Assembly: GCF_036365525.1 (NCBI RefSeq)
Contig: NC_090387.1
Location: forward strand, 44,011,404 to 44,075,403
Direction of reading: 5' to 3'
DNA: 64,000 bases
From: Heterodontus francisci
Lineage: Eukaryota
A program made the position numbers and the translations under genes. The notes beneath the pieces were generated by a model. That model did no database searches. It was not told where the DNA came from and worked only from the letters and a program-made list of their open reading frames with translations. Positions within the stretch are counted from its first letter, which is position 1, and every line of letters starts with the position of its first letter. Of this stretch, positions 13,401 through 25,400 are shown piece after piece.

Positions 13401-16400
13401 TCTTAAGGGAGACAGGAGGGACACAAGCATCAAAACTCACACTGGAATCCAGAGAGTGGAAGATACGACTGATCTAGCAGGGTTAACAGAATGAAGCAAT
13501 GGAGGGAGGCTTTACAAACAACTGCTTGTAAAACGTAGCACAAAACTTCTTATGGAAGTGAGTGTGCATGGAGGGGATAGGATTGGAGAAAATTCTCTTT
13601 TGTGAATTTAGATTTAAACCCTTACCTTAATTCAACTAAGCTGCAATTTCTTTTTATTGCTTGTGCCATGTACATTGCACCTTCGTCCCCAATCTTGTTA
13701 AATTGTAAGCTGAAATAGGACAAAGACATATATTTTAATGCTCTTGTTTAATGAAAGCTGCACTCGTAGCTCCAAAATAACTGTTGATTAATATATGAGC
13801 AGTGTGGAACTGAGTCATACAGATCAGCAAGCTCCCAGGTTCAATCTTCAATCTGTGCTAAGTTAGCTGATTTAACTTTAGGTGGTGAAGGGGTGTTGCA
13901 GTTGGCTCAGTGCCCATAGGTGAAAGAGGGAAAATGAAAATGAGCCAGGCTTTCTCTCTAGATTTTGATCTAGTGACTCCTGCTCCGCGAGGACGAGGAC
14001 AGCATCAGGCACACTAATAAGCTTTTGTTTGAAACTATCTAGACTTGTGCATGAAGACATGCACCCTTGGAACCACCCTGCCACGGGAAGCAATATAGAA
14101 TCATAGAATTTTATAGCACAGAAGGAGGCCATTCGGCCCATCGTGCATGTGCCAGCACTTTGAAAGAAATATGCAATTATCTCACTTTCCCTGCCCTTTC
14201 AGTACCTTCAGGAAAGAAAATAGGGGAAAAAAGGAAAGTTGGATTTTCCAGGATGATGGTGCAGTGCTTTGGAGCACCAATGTGTAGAGATTTGTAGAGT
14301 GCAGGCTCTCACATGCATCCTCTCATGTGGTGAGTTTCCCCCCTTAGCCATGCCAACTGAAGGCCACACGAGGGTAGGAAAAAACCAGAGAAATAACTAT
14401 CCAATGTTGCTGATGCCAACTTCCTAAAGACCAGTATTACTGGAAATCTGGAGCAGGTAGTTTGTTCACATCTTTATCTGGGGATGATGTGTGGTAAAAA
14501 GGACGAGGAGGAAAAAAATAACAAAATCCTTACCAAAAAACACACAGCTTCCAAAGACTGATAAAACAATCAAACTGAAACATAACTTCCTAATACATCT
14601 GAAATCATATTTTTGTCAATTCTAGCACTTTGGCTTTGTATGTGTTTGGACATAAAATGTAAATAAAGCAAATTTTGAATCAAAACAAAATGAGAATGCC
14701 AACTCTTGGAATATTTAACCCATACAAAGCACATTAGCCATTGGACCCATGAAACTGCCCAGACATGAAAACTATCCAAAGTTGAATAATGCAGGTTATA
14801 AGCTTAGATATTGCCTGACGCCCTTGGTGGGCAGAGGAGCTTCATGCCCCCAAATTTCTTGGATAGCACTGATCGCACTAGCTTGCAGAGTGAGCTACAA
14901 GGAATCTTATTTGCATGGGTCATATGAGTAGAAGAGACACCAGAGAAATCTTTGGCAAATGCCTGGCAGGAGCTTTGGCGCCTATTTGGCCTTCGGGAGG
15001 GGGTTGCCCTACGTTGCCCCCAGACACCCTGCCCTGATAATAGTCCTATAGGCAGAGCCAATCTAGTCCCCACCAGTGGGGTCCACATTCAAAACTGTGG
15101 ATGCAAGTATGTCTCCGCTTTGCATACAGTCTACCACAAATAAACTGGATCACACTGGAGCAATACAGTAGGAACTCCTGGCTTAGGGAAAGTCCACTGA
15201 TGGTTCTGTCCCTGGCTGTCATTTGCTTTGCAGGAAGTGATGTCTCTTACAAGTATTGAGGAAGTGGTGGTGACCCAGCACACCTGCCAAAGGATTTCAG
15301 AGCATTTTTAGAAACAAATTTATGCATAATGCTATCATTGATTATTTGATAATTTATTTCTGTCTCTAGTTATAGCTGTATGATACAAGCTTATTTTTAA
15401 AATCTTAGTTTTACTAAAAAAACAAATAATAAAATGTACAAGTTAAAATGTTAGCACTTTAGCAAGTAAAGCGCAGGCTGCAATGAAAGTTCCTGCAGGT
15501 CAGTATGAGGAACCACAATGGAGTTTTCAAATCAAGTTACAAATAGTGCTACCCTGAAATTCTGCAATATGGGAATGTACTGCATGAGGAAAATAACAAT
15601 TTAGGGGGAAAGAGTACGTACCCAAAAACACGCAATGTTGCGTTGACCTCCAGAGCTTCAGCCATTGAACGGGCACCTTTGGCTCTGACAGTGTTTGCTC
15701 TTAATCTAGTGAGAACAAAGTGATTGTTAAAATTAAGAGAACAGCATTACCACAACGGCAGTGTAGCTAAATTATTTTATTCATAAATACTCCTGAAAGT
15801 TTGACATGTATTCTAATTTACCAGGTTTAATACCTACCCCAATGTTTTTAGACTGCTGTTTGTTTTCAAAGCTTCAGCTATTTGTGCTGCTCCTTTCTCC
15901 CCTATGGAGTTGTGCTTCAACCTGTGAAGATTCCAGATATTCAGTGACTGTATCATTTGTATCATATTCCTGGACTTTGAAGTTAGTGATATACAAATAT
16001 TATATAACACAATAATCCATCATTTCAATTATAGCATCTGATTTAATGATAATTCAGTTGGAACTATTCCTGATTAGCCTACTTACCAGTATTGCATGGC
16101 ATAAGACGAATTATCTACTGCATTAAATAAATAAATTGCAGGCTCTTACAACGTAGACCGAATAGAAAGCAGTAATTAGCATGTGTTAAAAAGGCTTCTT
16201 TCATAGTATGTTAATCTAGAATATAAGTATTACCCTGCTTGTCACTAGAACCAGGCATACAGTGGTGCAAATAACATTTTAAATCATTTTGAATGTTGAT
16301 AAAACAAGATTATTTAAACCAGCCAAAATAGAATGATGCGATATATGTTTACAAAAAAGACAGCTCACATGCCCTGAAACTCTATCATTAAAATCAGTTA

Positions 16401-19400
16401 CACAGAATCATGATTAACTTTGCCATCCTGTGAAGTTCATTAATCTGTACTTGCACATTCATAAATTTGTTTAAACTATCTTCTTTAAATAGTGAACGCA
16501 GATGATATTGTTAGCAAATTGGATTGGAAAAGTAACCATGTCAGACTATGAATTGGAGCATAAATAATATACACACAATTGATATAATCTAATAATCACT
16601 GAAACACCCAGAATTAATCATCACTTTTCTCCTAATTCAATCTTTTGCATCATTACCTTTAATGAGTCCTCCCAATTTCCATTATGTCACCAACATTCAG
16701 TACATAAACCAATATTCCAACAAAAAAAAATAGACAGAAAATGATAATCATCATAATTTTTAACAGTCTGATCTTTAAATCAGTCACAGTGAGGTACAAT
16801 TTCCAAATTTCTATAAAGTAAAAAAGTTATGAAACTAAAATTACACAGTTATAACAATTGAGAAACGATCTCATAATGAACTATTGACTTTGTAATTCTT
16901 GGGCTGTGAATTTTAAATCTGAAAAAATATTTTTCAATCAGCCTTCATTTTATGTCTCTATATTTTTGTATTTAACCAAAACTTGTAGTTCAGCTTTAAT
17001 TTTACTATCGTGCCATTTTAATGATGTGGTGTACAACAGTGGAACAGATATGGACATTTTACCTTAAGATTTCTATTCTACACATTTTACTTTTGAGTGC
17101 ATTTGCAATGATCTCTGCTCCTTCATCCTCCAGCATGTTTCCCTCTAAACTGTGAATAAAAATAAAATAATTATCATCTTTTCTTTAGCTCTGCCTCTGT
17201 GAACATAGAATGTATTTTTGAAACAATGAAGTGGTCATTGACTGAGTTATAATTGTTTGATTTACGTTCTGCTGGTATATTCCCACAAACTAAACAGTCA
17301 TTTCTGTCTTCCTGTCCTTTATCAACATTTAACCACAACTGGCACTTATATTGCAACTTTAATACAGAAAAACATTCAAAAGTTACTTAAAAGAAGCTTA
17401 AGGGAAAATTCGATGGTGAACCAAAGATGGAGATGTTTGGGGAATGACCAAAAGCTGGGTCATGGCAGTGGGTTTTTTAGGCGGAGGGCAGTGGGGTGGA
17501 GGTGGGGTGGGGGGTGGTGAAGCAGGTTGAAGAACGAATTTCAAAACATGGAGGCTAAAGGCACATCCATCAATTGTGGGATGAAGAGATGGAAAAATGC
17601 TCAAGAAGCTAGAGGCAGAGGAATGGAGTTTTCAGGCAGAGTTGTAGGCAGTTAGAGAAATCAGAAAAAGTAGGGCTATGGCCAGATTTAAATATAAGGA
17701 TGAATATTTTAAATTTGAGGCACTGGGGGATCAGGAGCCAATGTAGGTCAGTGAGGACTTGGTGTAGGCTAGAATATAGGCAGCAGAATCTGTTGAGCTG
17801 AGGTTTAATGAATGATGAAGGATGGAAGGCGAGCTAGTAGAAAATTGGAATAGTCAAATCTAGAGGTGACATAGGCATGGAAGAGGGTTTTAGCAGCAGA
17901 TGAGTTGAAATAAGGTTGGAAGTGGATGATTTTACAGTGGTGAAAATAGACAGGTAATGCCATTTCCCGAGGCACTTCACTGGTCTTCAGCTAGATATAC
18001 ATAGGGATACTGCTAGAACCCCCACAGAATTTCAGGGCTTAAATATCTTTCCTATGGAGAGTGTTTACTGAGCATTTATCTTTAAATTATACTGAAAGAT
18101 TTGAATTTATAAGTGGCTTTCATGACTTCATAACATCCCAAAGTGTTTTACAGCCAATGAAGTACTTTTCAAGTGCAGTCACGGTTATAATGTAGGAAAC
18201 ACATCAGCCAGTTTGCACAGTGATGTTGGTTGAGGGACACTGGGAAGAACTCCCCTGCTCTTCTTCGAATAGTACCATGGGATTTTCTACATCCACCTGA
18301 GGGGGGCAGATAGGGCCTTAGTTTAACATCTCATCCAAAAGACAGCACCTCTGACAATGCATCACTCCGTCAGTACTGCAGTGGAGAGTCAGCTTGAATT
18401 ATGTGCTCAAGCCTAACCCACAAACTTCTGACTCAGAGGCGAGATTGCTACCTTTTTGTAACAGCTGACTTCACATTGAGTGATCAGCACCACTGTACCC
18501 AAGAAAATATGAGGCAAGACTCAAACTTGCAGTAATTGGTCACAGTAAATAACTAGTCCTACAACAACTGCACAAGCATTTTAAACTAAAGTTGTTCATG
18601 TGGATTAAAAGAAAATGTGTTGGACCATTTTCTTTTAATGCTATGATTAATCACAAATTATTTTAATATATGCGATCAAATATTAATATTTTCATGTTCA
18701 GTGTTTTTGCTGTTTTAATAAATTTCAATAAAAATTTGAATCAAGTAAAAATTTGAAAATATTAGTCACAATATAAATATATCAATTGTAGAACTCAATT
18801 TGAAAGCCAAAAAGCAACCTTAATATTTACTATAGCCAAGTGTGAATATTATTTATAGTATCTTCTAAATGCAAAGTGTGAGACTCATCTGTCTGGTTAT
18901 CTGTATGTACAATATTAAATATACTTTCATTAACAAAAATTTAGTAGGTTTACCTTTAAAAAAACACAATGACTGAGTCACCAAAACTCCAGAACATTTC
19001 TAATACTTCTAGTTCAAGTAACAAAAAGCACATTTGAATACCTCAACGTCTTGACTCTTGAGAAAACAGACTCCAATCTTTGGAAACCTGAAGCTCCAGC
19101 TTTGCAGCCATCCAATTCCAAAGTTTCAATAGTTCTATGGTAAGAAAGAAGGTTTGCAATTGCAGTGCAATCAGTCACATTCAAAGAGACGTAAGAAAAA
19201 TTTACAACGTCACTGGTTTGGGAGGCAACTTGTTGGGTTAAATCTTCATTTGCTGCTTCATATAGACAATGAGAGGCTGTTAGCATTTGTCTTTTGTGTG
19301 CTGTATATTTTGGAATATTTTCTGGAGTTAACGCGTCTTGTTTTGGAACTTCAACTGCAGCAACATTTTTGATAGCAGCAAAGACTTCCCTTTCCTTAAC

Positions 19401-22400
19401 TTGATGTTCAGGCACCAACTGTTTCACAAGTTTTCTGTTGCTGTGGGAGACTAGGCCAGCAGTGAACCTCAATACAATCTCAAATACATTGTCCTTTGAA
19501 CTGAAGGCTTTATGCACATGATCCACACCAGGTTCATTTGCAGAAATGCAATAGAGTGCTGCAAAAAATTCCTGGTGAGTCAGATGGAAAAATTGCCAAA
19601 TGTGGGATTGCATCATTTTCAGGCTTTCTTTGGTGAGAATTTTCTTCCAGAAGGACTTTGTGTCCTTGGGGTTTTGGGCGACGTTCCTTTCAATGTCTTT
19701 TGCTGAGAATATTATTGTTTTATTGATGACCCCATCCCATGCAAGTTGTGCCAATTTAATTATTTCTTTTTTTTCTTCATCAGCTTCTATGCAGAAGGAC
19801 TCAGGGTCTTCTTCCTCGTCATTGTTACAGACCAGTAAACACTTGGTGAATCTGAGGAACAAATCTGTGATTGTCCTGGGAAAGGAAGAGAGCTGGGACC
19901 ACTTGCCTTTACAGTGAAAAGATTTATGGAGGTAGAAACACAGGATGTCACAAAATGCAGGAACATAGCAAAGTCCAAACAAGGAATCGATACCCTTCAC
20001 TGTTCGAAAGACGTAATCAGCAACTTTTTTATCCTTAAGGCACTTCAAAAAGTATGTAGCAATTTCTTTTTTGGAAAACCCTAAAATTTCAGCACATCGA
20101 TTAAAATATGTTTTGTTATCTATATCAATTGTGGTTGGACGCGATGTAATGAGGACAGATGCCTCACGAACAAGGTCTCCCTTTATGATACTTACAATCA
20201 AATGGTTAACAGGTTGAGCAATGGACGGGTCAACAGTTGAATGATTGTTAAATTCAAGAGGCAGTTTGAATTCATCCAATCCATCAAATAAAAATAGGAT
20301 CCCACTAGAAAATTCAAGCATCTTATTGCACACTGCTCTCAGATGAGGGTAACTACATACGATAAGGTCAGTCAGACTAATTTCTTCCTTGATTGTGTTT
20401 AACTCCCGAAAACTGAAATACAGCAGCATATAAAACCCTGCATAAATTGTTCCACAGGTCCAGCTATGAGTGAGCTTCTGCATCATAATGCTTTTACCTA
20501 TACCTGCCACTCCTTGCACCAGAGTGACTCGTGGTGGCTTTTCTTCAGGTGCAGATGGTGAGAGAAGCTGTTTCAAATCTATACGCTCACACGCTGTATA
20601 GTCTCTGTGTTGCAGGAGCTCATGTTCAGTCTTGTTCCTTTCTCTAACATTGAGAATGACTAGACTAGTAAAATGTTCTTGCAGCAATCGTTTGGAGTTA
20701 TCAAATTCAAAGTATGGTTTTATTCTCTCCATCTGTGCTTTTAATGTGCATTTATGTGTAGCTACTTCTTCAGAAATTTCTGTAATTACAAGAAAAAGTA
20801 ATGACTCACAATGAAGCCTCCATTATTCACCATAATGTATGGGGCCTCCCTGGTGAATATTAGAATTTCATACATACCCAAGTGTCACCAACTTTTGGGG
20901 TATAACACATATGATGCAGTAATACGCAAAATGAAAACAGGTACAACATAAATCACAGAAAACAAATGTAATTTTTCCTGGTTTATGAGGTTGAGTTATG
21001 TTGAACCAAGGAGGTTGGTATTCGTGCCTGATGAAATGGGACAATGTCTCCTTCAAGACTTTGCCGTACAAGAACGAAGGCTTATCTCAAAGACAAATAA
21101 TTGGAACTTGGGCAATGAAGGTTTCGTTGTATATAAAGAAATGCAAGCCATCTGATAAACTGTAGTTCATCTTAAGAATTAAAATATTTCTCGTAGAAAG
21201 ATGTGAAGGTGTTCAATCTGTAATCGATTCCATTCCACTATGTGATAAATACAGTCTATTATTAAAATCAGTTAGCAGGAGTATTTGGACACCTGACTGT
21301 CACATAATGTATTGGTGCGATCATCTGTAAAGTGCCACAAACATTCCTCAACTCTGGACTCGTTCTGAATGTAGCAAATGTGAATTGTAATGGCTGGCTA
21401 AAAAAAATTATACCTAAAACAATGTGATTATTTTCATCTTGCACCACAGGTCACATATAATTCATGATATCAAATCAGCTCTCTCCTAGGTTTCATTGTT
21501 TCCAAGAAAAGCAAAAATGCCACTTCCTCCAAATTATTAGGAAGACTCTGAAGAAGGAATTCTGACCTAGGCAAGGTTCCCAAATAAAAATATAATCTTT
21601 GCCTGATATCTTGGATATAATTTTGGATTCATTTTTTAAATATACGTTCTGCAATATCTAGTGTATAGCTTGTTCTTTAAAGCAGTTTTTTACTCAATAA
21701 AAATGAGATAACAATGCTACACAAATTGAACATCATGTGACTTATACTGATGTAACTGGGCCGTTGCACTGAGTACAGGAACATAAGAAACCATGGAATG
21801 AGAAGGAGCCCATTGTCCAATGAGGCCATTCCCTCCAATGTTCCATGCACAACTATACTATCACAGCTTCCATCTAACCTAATCCAGAAATTCCTAAGGA
21901 AGGTGGCTTAAAACAGCTAAAACTTCCTAAAAAGCAAAAACAGTGAAGTCTACAGAGTGCTTCAGTGGACTCGATAAAACAAGGTGTCACATATGTCAAG
22001 GATGATCAGTGGGATGGAAGTTTGTTATTGGTGAGTGAATGACCTGGATCCGATGGTGATCTGGATGGGAAATGGAGGGGATTGTGAGGAAGGTAGAAGT
22101 TTAGGAGAAGTGATGGTCAGTGAATTGCTTGCAAGCATACTCTGGTTGGAGACTGATGTTGGCAGTCTCCTGTTGCTGCTGCCCCATCCAAAAACAGGGA
22201 TGAAAATCGCCCCCTCTGTGTGTAAAGATTTCAAACAAAGCATGATCAATACAGACCCAACAACAGAGACTCACCTCAGCCAAATAAGGAAACAGAAACA
22301 TTAGGATAAACCCTATCTATATCCATATTTTATCTGGAATGTGGTTTAAATTGTGCTTCTGTCCATCAGTATTAAATAAGTTACAAACCAATAGGTCCAA

Positions 22401-25400
22401 ACTATTAACAATACTGGAACCTTAAACATGGAGATGCCTACTTATTATTAACAGTTGAGACATTACCTTTAACAAATCACACTTACCTTCAGGGAAATTG
22501 GTTATTCTGATGTTTGCATTAGTATCCTCAAATGTAGCCATTGGTAGGTCTTCGTGGAGAAGATCAATAATTGGCCTGTCATCTTTGTCAATGTAGGATT
22601 CCAGCAGTGATTTTATGTACTTCTTTAAGCCAAGATAAAGGTCTTCAGTGTCTTGCAGCACATTGAAAAAATCAGCACATGACTGCTGACCTCTGTGGCT
22701 CAGCATATCGAGAAGAGTTCGCCCTTTATCAATATCTGGTTTATCTTTTATCACATTGAGGTCATCTTCAGAGATTATTTTCTTATCCATTAAAATGTTT
22801 AAGAGTGGCAGTATGTTAGGACTGATGTAATTAACTACAATGCGACGACCTTCTTCAATAGCATGTATTGCCCAGTCTGCACGTTTCATTTGTGATGGAA
22901 AATATGCAGTACTGTCACGAGCACCTGTTGAGAATGGTACAAAACCTTTAAATCAAACAAATTAAGCCAACTAAAACATGCAAACTTTTGTGGCTAATAA
23001 GATGGTTATTACAGCAAAAATAACTGGCTTATAATTTTTCAACTGCTGTATAATTTTGCAACTGCTGCATTATTTTTGTCTGGCAACTTTATATCAATGT
23101 TTGAAGTACTAATTATTTTCCCTGTTTTGCAGGTTAAATTACACACATACCAGAACAGCATTTTCCCAGTAATCCTACAAGGACAGCAATACAGAGCACA
23201 ATTGTTTATTTTACCCACTTGTGCTTGCCTTTGTTCTAGTGAATGGGCAATGGAGCCACCTTTCCTATCCGAAGCTAGTGCTGCTAAAAGGAGCCACCTT
23301 AGCACAGAGTGAAGTAGGAATGTCTGTTCTTTTTTGAGTGAAGTCCTCTGATGCCACCACTGCTGAGTAACATAAGGAGTATGCCAAATGTTGGGCATAG
23401 CTACATCTGTTGCTTTAGGGCTTTATACACACAAGCCCGGAATTTCTGCAGGGTTTTGTAGGAGGAAGTGGATGAAACCCCTGGAAAATGGTGTAAATTA
23501 TTAAAAATAGCCACTTCTGCCATTTCTCCAGAGCAGAAAATTGGGAGTACCTTGTGGAATTTTAGGGCCATAACTATTTGTGAGAGAAGAAAATATCTTA
23601 TACTCTTTTATTCTACCAAGTTTCTTTCCTCTTCCTTTCTCCTTGCTCAGTACGGTTTTGTGGACACCTGTTGCTCTCTGACACCTGACCCATTCTTCAT
23701 GTGTGAGCAAAGAGCATTATAGACTGATCCTGTCCTGGCATTCACGCATGCTCACTTTCAAGAAGAGTTGTTGCATAGCACTTAGGCGCTGAGGTTAACT
23801 TTGATACCCCCACCACAACTCTACCACAGATAAGCAGAGGGCAGGACTCAAACCTGGGACCCTCTTAGTAATGAAGAAAACTTTTAAAGGGTATAATTTC
23901 TTGCCTGAAAAGTTAAAGAGCAAGTTCTCAAAATACCAAAAATACTTGGGCAATATTGTGTAGTTCTGGGGTAGAGGAACAGAATTTCAGATGTAAGCCA
24001 GAATTACACCTATTCTAAAATACATACAAAATGCCAGTAGAATTGGCTGCAGAAAGAAGATTCTCCCTTCCTCAAAATGCTGCATGTTTGCAACTAACAC
24101 AATGATCAGGGAAAAAGCTGCTCTCAGAAATGTCATCGTTTACACTAGAATTTCACTTAACTTAGCTTAAATCAGTAGAAAACAGAACTGAGTTACCTGC
24201 ATGACCATCTCTGTCTGAAACATTAACTTTCACTAAAGTAATTAGAAAACTCTATTCTCAGCTGAGCAACTTGAAAAGGATTCTACAATCTGATTTTCGC
24301 AGTTTCAGGCAGGAAATGTTTTTCTTCCCACCCTTCTGTCATGGAGCCTTTATCAAGGGGCTCACTATGTGCATTTCCACATGTGTCCTTATAATGAGGC
24401 AGAACAGGAGTAAGAGGAGATAACAGAGGCATTCAGGATGAAGCTGCACCATTGGAGAAGATGACCAACTAAGGAGTTATACTTTCACCAGCATTTACAA
24501 ACCACCTTACTTCCAGGTAGTGCTGCATTCTGTCAAATTCTTCTTGGATATTGAGCCCAAATTCATTTTAATAAGCAGTTTAACAAAATAATCTTTCTGT
24601 AACTTTACACACAAAGAAAATATGCCCCTAAAATCACTACCATTTTTGTATAAGAGCAGAGACTTTTGAAACAAATTTGCTCGCAGGAAGCCTATTGAGT
24701 CAGCCACACACCTACTCATTAAATTTAATAGCTTTCCTCAAATTTTTCTAACCTGCAACGCATGTACTTTTACGACAGTTCTGCACAAATCTTTAAGTCC
24801 ATCGCCTCTTTTCTACAATTAAACTTCTAACTGAACATAGGACATTGCAATGAGATTGTTACCTTGGGTAAAAGGAGCAGCAGATGGCCGACCAACACAT
24901 CAAACTTAGCAATCTAGTTAATATATCCTGATGGTATATTCTGCTCATTTTACTCAGGGTATGTTAAGAGCAGCTAAAGCATTCAGAGATATTCTAAATA
25001 TCATTATAATTTATTATTGTATGAACATGCAAGGCATTTATATGACATTCCTCTGCCCACTATTTTAACCAAGGCATTAAGCCAAGTATTTTAAATGGGT
25101 TAATGCCTTCACCCTGACTTCACCCATACCTCAGTTCATTTACTGCTGAATCCTTCATCCAAGCCTTTGTTACCTCTAAAGTTGGCTATTCCAAGGCTCT
25201 CCTGGTCTTCCTCCTATGTTCCAACATCCATAAACCTCACCTCATCCAAACCTCTGTTGATTGTATTCTAATTTTCACCAAGTCCCTTTCAACCATCAGT
25301 CCTGCGCTCGCGGACCTACATTGGCTCATGGTCCTGCAATGTCTCAATTTTAAAATTCTCATCCTTGTTTTCAAATCCTTTCATGGCCTTGCCCCTCACT

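Noticed and set aside
14534-14598. Possible extra exon (tttcag...gtaagg) encoding a hydrophobic peptide between LRR exons
   Set aside because: It is 65 nt, would shift the frame, and has no LRR consensus.
22467-22486. Alternative donor (AAAG|GTAATG) 20 nt downstream of the CARD exon donor
   Set aside because: It would shift the NACHT exon out of frame. The upstream G|GTAAGT is consensus.
24507-24915. Donor-like sites at 24511 and 24863 and a 70-aa ORF in the Ig-CARD intron
   Set aside because: I found no convincing stop-free acceptor pairing in phase and no recognisable domain.
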